Of a DNA stretch of 32,000 nucleotides, positions 25,901 through 32,000 are shown piece by piece. The stretch's first letter is position 1; every line of letters starts with the position of its first letter. Below the pieces are notes generated by a model, which saw nothing but the letters and a program-made list of their open reading frames with translations, was not told the DNA's origin and searched no databases. The stretch is from Delftia acidovorans NBRC 14950 (GTDB taxonomy: Bacteria > Pseudomonadota > Gammaproteobacteria > Burkholderiales > Burkholderiaceae_C), in assembly GCF_001598795.1 (NCBI RefSeq), contig NZ_BCZP01000020.1, positions 60,001 through 92,000 on the forward strand, given 5' to 3'. The translations under genes and the position numbers were made by a program.

Positions 25901-26762
25901 GCTGCAAGGCGTGGTGGCGGCCAGCGGCGCGGTCATGGAGGCAGGCAGCCACCAGTTGCGCCTGGAGCTGCCCGCCGCGCCCGTATCGCTGCTGGCCGAC
26001 CCGATGCGGCTGGCGCAGATGGTCTCCAACCTGCTCAACAATGCCGCCAAGTACTCGCACTCCGGCGGCCACATCGTTCTGTCCGCCTGGACCGATGGCG
26101 CGCAGGCCGTGGTCTCGGTACGCGACAACGGCATCGGCATCCCGCCCGCCCTGCTGGGCAAGGTGTTCGATCTGTTCATGCAGGTGGACCGCAACGGCCG
26201 CCGTGGGCAGGGCGGCCTGGGCATCGGGCTGACCCTGGTGCGCAGCCTGGTCGAGATGCACGGCGGCAGCGTGCAGGCGCTCAGCGGAGGCAAGGGCCAG
26301 GGCAGCGAATTCAGGCTGCACCTGCCCCTGCCCACCCAGGCGCAGCCCCTGGCGGGACAGGCACCAAATGCCCAGCCCGAGGATGCAACGGCCTTCGGCC
26401 GCATCCTGGTGGTCGATGACAACATCGACGCCGCCGACACCCTGGCCATGCTGCTCAGGCTGCTGGGCGCCGAAGTCGAGATTGCCCGCGACGGCCCCGG
26501 CGCCCTGGCCATGCACGCGGCGTTCAGGCCCGAAGTGGTGCTGCTGGACATCGGCCTGCCCGGCATGGACGGCCTGGAGGTCGCCCGCCGCATCCGTGCC
26601 GAGCACGGCCGCGACCAGGTCGTGCTGATCGCGCTCACGGGCTGGGGGCAGGAGGAGGACCTGAGACGATCGCGGGAAGCCGGCATGGACCACCACCTGG
26701 TCAAACCCGTGAGCTTCGACACGCTCGAGCGTCTGCTGGCGGGCCTGCGTCCCCTGCCGTGA
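22902..26762 (+). CDS. Hybrid sensor with two complete transmitter-receiver units (PAS/GAF-like sensor - HisKA/HATPase - REC - PAS - HisKA/HATPase - REC)
   Basis: GTG 22902 lies 5 nt after GGGAG (alternative GTG at 22890). Unit 1: SHELRTPL, LNLLSNAFKF, DTGSGI, GTGIGLAMV, then REC (VLADVMMPVLDG, YLVKPF). A PAS domain follows (IIDQMPAGVGVSD). Unit 2: AHELRNPL, NLLNNAAKYS, DNGIGI, GGLGIGLTLV, then REC (VLLDIGLPGMDG, HLVKPV). Confidence 0.9.
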   Translation: MNSEDSFRFLPQRGEMPARVRSHDWAATPLGSPDGWPQNLRNAVSLALGSRFPITIWWGEDFRLIYNDGYIPFLGTSKHPQALGQAGAHCWSEIWSDIGPMLEGVMRTGEATWSTDARYFFDRDLPQEEVFVTFTYGPILADDGVTVQGVFCPCTETTEKIVSRRRLETLHRLGIRTLDMHNARDAAQKVCAVLDENPYDVPFAIIYECVDTPAAGSAGASGPAFRMLCATGMDMDMELAADPSRWPLDRAVQSDPSDRTDQAHQAAQPGQPANVELASLGLSLPGGPWPEVSRLARIVPVRWSGDGQVSGVMVLGVSPRRPLDVDYCAFLDMVASHTGSVVAHAQAYEQEARRAKALAEVDHAKTVFFSNVSHELRTPLTLILGPLEDALREHGGQVPAGQTQMIHRNALRLQKLVNALLDFSRIEAGRMQASYEPTDLARTTAELASMFRSAVEQAGLRLRVDCPPLDGPVHVDRDMYEKIVLNLLSNAFKFTLQGEIAVALRDVPDVSDVSDAHGAGGADGAVELSVTDTGSGIAPQHLPHLFQRFHRIPGKPARTHEGTGIGLAMVQELARLHGGTVTVSSTEGEGSRFTVRLPRGHAHLPAEHRPARPPASHPQVDEALRWLPGEPAPAASDEVRPMQRDMRGTQPPRARIVCADDNADMRSYIGQLLEPLYEVEIVGDGRAALASIHRQRPDLVLADVMMPVLDGFELLHALRSDETTRAIPVIMLSARAGQEAQVEGLRAGADDYLVKPFSARELLARIASLLQLVRVREQVHAAVQANEKKLRAIIDQMPAGVGVSDMSGTMVLSNALMDRFVPRAIPSTLADRLPRWKGWDDKGQPIAPENWPGKRALRGEVVMPGLEMLHTDDDGREWWMRVSCAPLRDDDGQLIGTCSVIQDITELKQAEYHLKEADRRKDEFLATLAHELRNPLAPISHGLQILKRTASGDDSVRHSHEMLERQVNHMIRMVDDLLEVSRITTGKVQLRKELVDLNDVLQGVVAASGAVMEAGSHQLRLELPAAPVSLLADPMRLAQMVSNLLNNAAKYSHSGGHIVLSAWTDGAQAVVSVRDNGIGIPPALLGKVFDLFMQVDRNGRRGQGGLGIGLTLVRSLVEMHGGSVQALSGGKGQGSEFRLHLPLPTQAQPLAGQAPNAQPEDATAFGRILVVDDNIDAADTLAMLLRLLGAEVEIARDGPGALAMHAAFRPEVVLLDIGLPGMDGLEVARRIRAEHGRDQVVLIALTGWGQEEDLRRSREAGMDHHLVKPVSFDTLERLLAGLRPLP
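24417..24452 (+). repeat. 4 x 9-bp in-frame tandem repeat inside the first HATPase domain of the hybrid kinase
   Basis: The units GATGTGCCC / GATGTGTCC / GATGTGTCC / GATGCGCAC encode DVP DVS DVS DAH. Confidence 0.8.
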
Positions 26763-26828
26763 GGACTGCTTTTTTCGCGCGAGAATTCGGGCTGCCCGAT
26801 CCAGCTGCCCCAGACGCCACCGAGACCG

Positions 26829-28121
<1,293 letters not shown>

Positions 28122-28375
28122 GCGCCTGGCCTGCGGCCAGGGACCAAGGCGGCATAAAATAGCCCGCTTCCCTCTGGAGCAGGCACAAGCTGCTCCTTGG
28201 TGGAAGCCCCTGTGGCACAGATTGCGGAAATCCGCCCAAATAGCGGGTTTCCCAATGCAAGATGGCGGAACCACCCTCCCCGATCATCGACAACCCACCG
28301 CATGGGCGGCCCGGCACTGCCGGTCCGCTGCGAGAGGGTTGCACCGCCCCATCAGACCCTGGAGTTTCTTCTTTC

Positions 28376-29359
28376 ATGTTCCGCCAACTGATCACCTGCA
28401 CCGCCGTGGCCGCCGCCATGGGCCTGAGCTTTTCCGCAGCCGCCCAAGGCACGGCGGCCGACTATCCGAACAAGCCCGTGCGCATGATCGTGCCCTTCCC
28501 GCCCGGCGGCGGCACCGACATCCTCGCGCGCGTGGTGTCCAACAAGCTCACCGAAGTCAGCAAGTGGACCGTGGTGCCCGACAACCGCGCAGGCGCAGGC
28601 GGCACCATCGGCATCACCGAGGCCGCCAAGGCGGCGCCCACGGGCTACGACATGGTCATGGGCCAGAAGGACAACGTGGTCCTGGGCCCCTACCTCTACA
28701 AGAACCTGCCCTGGAACCCCGTCAAGGACCTGGTACCCGTGGCCCACGTGGCCTACACGCCCATCGTGATCGCCACCAGCGTGAACTCGCCCTACAAGAC
28801 CCTGGCCGACATCGTGGCCGCTGCCAAGCAGCACCCGGGCAAGGTGACCTACGGCTCGCCGGGCAATGGCACCAGCATCCACATCTCGGGCGTGCTGCTG
28901 GAGAAGGCCGCAGGCATCCAGCTGGTGCACGTGCCCTACAAGGGCTCCAATCCGGCATTGATGGATGCGCTGGCCGGCAACGTGGACCTGCTGGTGTCCT
29001 CCGTGCCCTCGGCCATCGGCCAGATCAAGGCCGGCAAGCTGCGCGCCATCGCCGTGACCTCGGCCAAGCGCTCGTCCTCGCTGCCCGACACGCCCACGCT
29101 GGCCGAAGCAGGCCTCAAGGGCTTTGACGTGAGCACCTGGTACGGCCTGTTCATGCCCAAGGGCACGCCCACGGCCATCGTGACCAAGGTCAACGCCGAA
29201 GTGAACAAGCTGCTGGCCATGCCCGAAGTGCGCGACGCCATCCAGACCCAGGGCGCCGAGCCCCAGGCCATGAGCGTGGCCGACTTCGACAAGATGTTCC
29301 AGGCCGACTTCAAGCAGTCCAAGCAGATCGTCGAGTCCTCGGGCGCCAAGATCGAGTGA
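28376..29359 (+). CDS. Tripartite tricarboxylate transporter substrate-binding protein (Bug/TctC family)
   Basis: A signal peptide (MFRQLITCTAVAAAMGLSFSAAAQG) is followed by DYPNKPVRMIVPFPPGGGTDILAR and VPYKGSNPALMDALAGNVDL, both hallmark Bug-family blocks. Confidence 0.9.
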   Translation: MFRQLITCTAVAAAMGLSFSAAAQGTAADYPNKPVRMIVPFPPGGGTDILARVVSNKLTEVSKWTVVPDNRAGAGGTIGITEAAKAAPTGYDMVMGQKDNVVLGPYLYKNLPWNPVKDLVPVAHVAYTPIVIATSVNSPYKTLADIVAAAKQHPGKVTYGSPGNGTSIHISGVLLEKAAGIQLVHVPYKGSNPALMDALAGNVDLLVSSVPSAIGQIKAGKLRAIAVTSAKRSSSLPDTPTLAEAGLKGFDVSTWYGLFMPKGTPTAIVTKVNAEVNKLLAMPEVRDAIQTQGAEPQAMSVADFDKMFQADFKQSKQIVESSGAKIE

Positions 29360-29421
29360 CATGCCTGCGGTGCCAGGGCGGCATGCCCGGCACCGCCTGC
29401 AATGGCCAACGCCGCATTTCA

Positions 29422-29450
29422 TTGATGCAGATCAGCCTGATCTGCATCAA
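29422..29450. promoter_or_regulatory. 29-bp perfect palindrome composed of two adjacent FNR/Anr-like boxes
   Basis: TTGATGCAGATCAG c CTGATCTGCATCAA. Each 14-mer matches TTGAT-N4-ATCAA with one mismatch. The centre of the second box is about 41.5 bp upstream of a start site predicted from the AATACT -10-like hexamer at 29473-29478. Confidence 0.5.
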
Positions 29451-29511
29451 GGAGCTATGTGACAGTCCCATGAATACTTCTCTGGAAATCACCGAATTCC
29501 TGGAGAACGTC

Positions 29512-30024
29512 ATGGCATTGCTGGTCTGGGTCCCCGAGCTGGACACCGGGATTGCAGAAATCGACCGGCAGCATCGCCGCATCGTCGATTACATCAACAA
29601 GCTCTACGAGCTGCGCTCGTCGCCCGACCGTGAGGCCCTGGGCGATGTCATCGGCGAGATGATCGACTACACCGTCTCGCACTTCGTGTTCGAGGAAAGC
29701 CTGATCGAGAGCGCCGGCTACATGTTCGCCGGCCCGCACAAGAAGGTGCACGAGCTGTTCACGCGCCGCGTGATAGAGATGCAGACCCGCTTCGATGCAG
29801 GCGAGGACGTGGCCGCCGAGCTGCACGGCATGCTCTCGCGCTGGCTGTTCAACCACATCCGCAACGAAGACACCGGCTACGTGGATTCGGCCAAGGCCTA
29901 TCTGCGCATGGCGCGCGAGTCCAGTCCTGCCGCCGAGAAGGAAAGGCTCAAGAACGAAGTGCTGCAGGAGCTGGAACTGCAGCGCAAGAAAAAGGGCTGG
30001 CTGGCACGGCTGCTCAATCGCTGA
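29512..30024 (+). CDS. Bacteriohemerythrin (hemerythrin-like metal-binding protein) with charged C-terminal extension
   Basis: MALLVWVPELDTGIAEIDRQHRRIVDYIN...HFVFEE...HKKVHELF...WLFNHIRNEDTGY carries the hemerythrin His/Glu/Asp ligand pattern. ATG 29512 has GGAG 6 nt upstream. An in-frame ATG at 29470 is possible but lacks a well-spaced SD. Confidence 0.85.
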   Translation: MALLVWVPELDTGIAEIDRQHRRIVDYINKLYELRSSPDREALGDVIGEMIDYTVSHFVFEESLIESAGYMFAGPHKKVHELFTRRVIEMQTRFDAGEDVAAELHGMLSRWLFNHIRNEDTGYVDSAKAYLRMARESSPAAEKERLKNEVLQELELQRKKKGWLARLLNR

Positions 30025-30052
30025 TCACCCTCTCCCCTTGCAGCGCACCAAG

Positions 30053-30077
30053 AAAAACGGCTCCCGAGGGAGCCGTT
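30053..30077 (-). terminator. Rho-independent terminator between the convergent hemerythrin and usp genes (T-run on the minus strand)
   Basis: AACGGCTCC (30056-30064), loop CGAG, GGAGCCGTT (30069-30077). The A-run at 30053-30057 becomes the U-tract for the minus-strand usp transcript. The downstream T content on the plus strand is weaker. Confidence 0.7.
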
Positions 30078-30114
30078 GACGTTTCACCCGGCGAAGGGCC
30101 GAGCGGCCCGGTGA

Positions 30115-30552
30115 TTACTCGCGCACCACCAGCACCGGCACGCGCACGGCGCCCAGCACGCGCTGGGTCACGCTGCCCAGCATCAGCTTTTCCAGGCCAC
30201 GGCGGCCTTGCGAGCCCATGATGATCAGGTCGGCGCCCGTGCTCTCGAGCACGCGCACGATGCCTTCGTGCACCGCATGGCCTTCGCCCACCACGGTGGT
30301 GGCGGTGATGCCGGCCTCGTCGGTGATCTTCTTGACGGCATCCAGCGTGGTGTTGGCCTCGGCCGTGGCCGCGCTCAGGTACTGCGACTGGCCGTAGGCG
30401 AAGTCGGCGCCCACGCCCGTGAATGGATAGGGGTCCACCACGTAGACCGCCGTCAGCGTGCTGCCAAAGGCCTTGGCCAGCTCCACGCCCTTGTGAACCG
30501 CCAGCATCGAGCTGTTGGAGCCGTCCACGGGAACCAGGATGTGCTTGAACAT
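30115..30552 (-). CDS. Universal stress protein (UspA family)
   Basis: AAGGAG lies 7 nt upstream of the ATG. MFKHILVPVDGSNSS...DLIIMGSQGRRGLEKLMLGSVTQRVLGAVRVPVLVV is the classic Usp ATP-binding-type pattern. Confidence 0.9.
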   Translation of the reverse strand: MFKHILVPVDGSNSSMLAVHKGVELAKAFGSTLTAVYVVDPYPFTGVGADFAYGQSQYLSAATAEANTTLDAVKKITDEAGITATTVVGEGHAVHEGIVRVLESTGADLIIMGSQGRRGLEKLMLGSVTQRVLGAVRVPVLVVRE

Positions 30553-30641
30553 GCGTTTTCTCCTTTGTGCTTGGCCGCCGTCAACAATCGGGGGCGGCCG
30601 GGTCGATGAACCAAAGTGTGCGCCCATCATGCGCCAGCGTC

Positions 30642-30655
30642 TTGAGCTGCATCAA
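30642..30655. promoter_or_regulatory. FNR/Anr-like box TTGAGCTGCATCAA upstream of usp
   Basis: It has one mismatch to TTGAT-N4-ATCAA, is centred about 97 nt upstream of the usp ATG, and overlaps the stop codon of the upstream dioxygenase gene. The right half (CTGCATCAA) is identical to that of the hemerythrin box. Confidence 0.45.
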
Positions 30656-31434
30656 TCCTTGCGGCGACGCGTCAGCTCCGAGCCCTGGAAACCCTGGCGG
30701 CGATAGGTCAGCACCAGGGTATCGCGCACGCCGCCCGGCTGCTCTGGCTGGATGGGCGTGGTCTCATGGATCATGCGGGCATCGTCCAGCAGCATCACCG
30801 ACCAGGGCTCGGTCAGCGTGAAGCGCTGGCCGCTGGGGCCCGTGGCCTCGAAGATGCGTGTCTCGCCGCCCTTCACGCCCTCGCGCCCGACCAGGATCAC
30901 GGCCACCAGGTCCACGCCGTCGCGGTGCGCGCCTTCGGGCGTGGGCCGGCCAATGCCGTCCGTGGTGTCGATGCGGAACTGGTGGGACTCGATGAACCAG
31001 CGCTCGTGCTGCACATCATCACCCTGGGCGCAGAACACCTGGTCGGACAGGCCCGCCAGCGCCAGCAGCAGCCGGCTCCAGGTGGCGCTTTGCGCCGTGG
31101 CGTCGCGCATGGGATCGAACATGCGCAGCATGCCGCCATGCAGGGCGTTGTATTCCACCGGCTGCCAGTGCGCGCGGTGCTCCACCTGCTGCAGCCCGTC
31201 CTCCCCGGCGATGAAGCAGGAATGGCGGCGGCGCCGGTAGCGCCCGCCGTCCTTCAGAAAGGCATCTGGCGGCAGCTGGGCCCAGTCGGCATCGAGCGCA
31301 TGCAGCTCGGTCAATGACACGCTTGCCCAGGCCGCGAATTCATCGGGGCGCAGCACCGCATAGCCTGCGTCGCGCAGCGACTGCGCTGCATTCTGGGGGG
31401 CGATATAGGGAGGGGGAAACGTGATGTGCGCCAT
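30652..31434 (-). CDS. 2-oxoglutarate/Fe(II)-dependent dioxygenase, PF10014-like (2OG-Fe_Oxy_2) family
   Basis: The block PEGAHRDGVDLVAVILVGREGVKGGETRIF contains an HxD iron-binding motif and there is a distal His in MIHETTPI. Overall length and pattern resemble the family that includes free-amino-acid hydroxylases. Confidence 0.75.
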   Translation of the reverse strand: MAHITFPPPYIAPQNAAQSLRDAGYAVLRPDEFAAWASVSLTELHALDADWAQLPPDAFLKDGGRYRRRRHSCFIAGEDGLQQVEHRAHWQPVEYNALHGGMLRMFDPMRDATAQSATWSRLLLALAGLSDQVFCAQGDDVQHERWFIESHQFRIDTTDGIGRPTPEGAHRDGVDLVAVILVGREGVKGGETRIFEATGPSGQRFTLTEPWSVMLLDDARMIHETTPIQPEQPGGVRDTLVLTYRRQGFQGSELTRRRKD

Positions 31435-31565
31435 AACCCGACAAGCTTACTCCTCGCCCGCACCCGTCCGGGCGAGGCGGGCTGCAAATTTGCGCAATGC
31501 TGTGGCGACAGACGCGCATCAATGCGGGCGCAGCCTCGGCGGCGCGCGGGGCCTCACACCGGTTC

Positions 31566-32000
<435 letters not shown>

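Noticed and set aside
26747-26776. Possible terminator after the hybrid kinase (T6 run at 26770-26775).
   Set aside because: The preceding stem is only 4-5 bp (GTCC/GGAC), too weak to call with confidence.
28213-28225. TGGCACAGATTGC upstream of the TctC-family gene looked like a sigma-54 promoter.
   Set aside because: The spacing is 2 nt too short (GG-N8-GC), so it does not fit the -24/-12 geometry.
29422-29450. The 29-bp palindrome as an intrinsic terminator for the TctC-family gene.
   Set aside because: A full-length stem would leave a 1-nt loop, no T-run follows, and both halves match a known protein-binding consensus. An operator is more likely than a terminator.

Overview
High-GC (roughly two-thirds G+C by eye) proteobacterial chromosome segment. 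Gene content (Bug/TctC-type binding protein, liv operon, pobA) suggests a Comamonadaceae-like betaproteobacterium, but that is inference only. No rRNA, tRNA, CRISPR array, transposase or integrase was seen. Left (1-6510): housekeeping livK-HMGF transporter operon, pdxY and an SDR. Centre (about 6.5-26.8 kb): a stress/dormancy-type island. It holds a membrane protein, a 23-aa micro-ORF, the NHEJ pair LigD (PE-Lig-Pol) and Ku, a 70-aa Q/N-rich protein, large-subunit catalase KatE, a Pro-rich mini-ORF, bacterial topoisomerase IB, a sigma-54 enhancer-binding response regulator, a YeaQ/GlsB-type stress membrane protein, a histidine kinase with a degenerate ATP-binding domain, an RpoN (sigma-54) gene outside the canonical lptB-rpoN-hpf context, three more small low-complexity genes, and a 1290-aa double HK-REC hybrid sensor. 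Four near-consensus -24/-12 (GG-N10-GC) promoter motifs lie 30-55 nt upstream of start codons in this island, one of them in front of rpoN itself. This is the most interesting signal: a possible self-contained sigma-54 regulon. Right (26.8-32 kb): M20 amidohydrolase, TctC-family binding protein, bacteriohemerythrin and a universal stress protein that both carry FNR/Anr-like boxes, a PF10014-type 2OG-Fe dioxygenase, and the 3' end of pobA. Limits: all calls rest on reading translations and motifs by eye. Start codons are approximate, motif scans of coding regions were not exhaustive, and no database search was possible. The many long antisense ORFs in the track are treated as high-GC artefacts.
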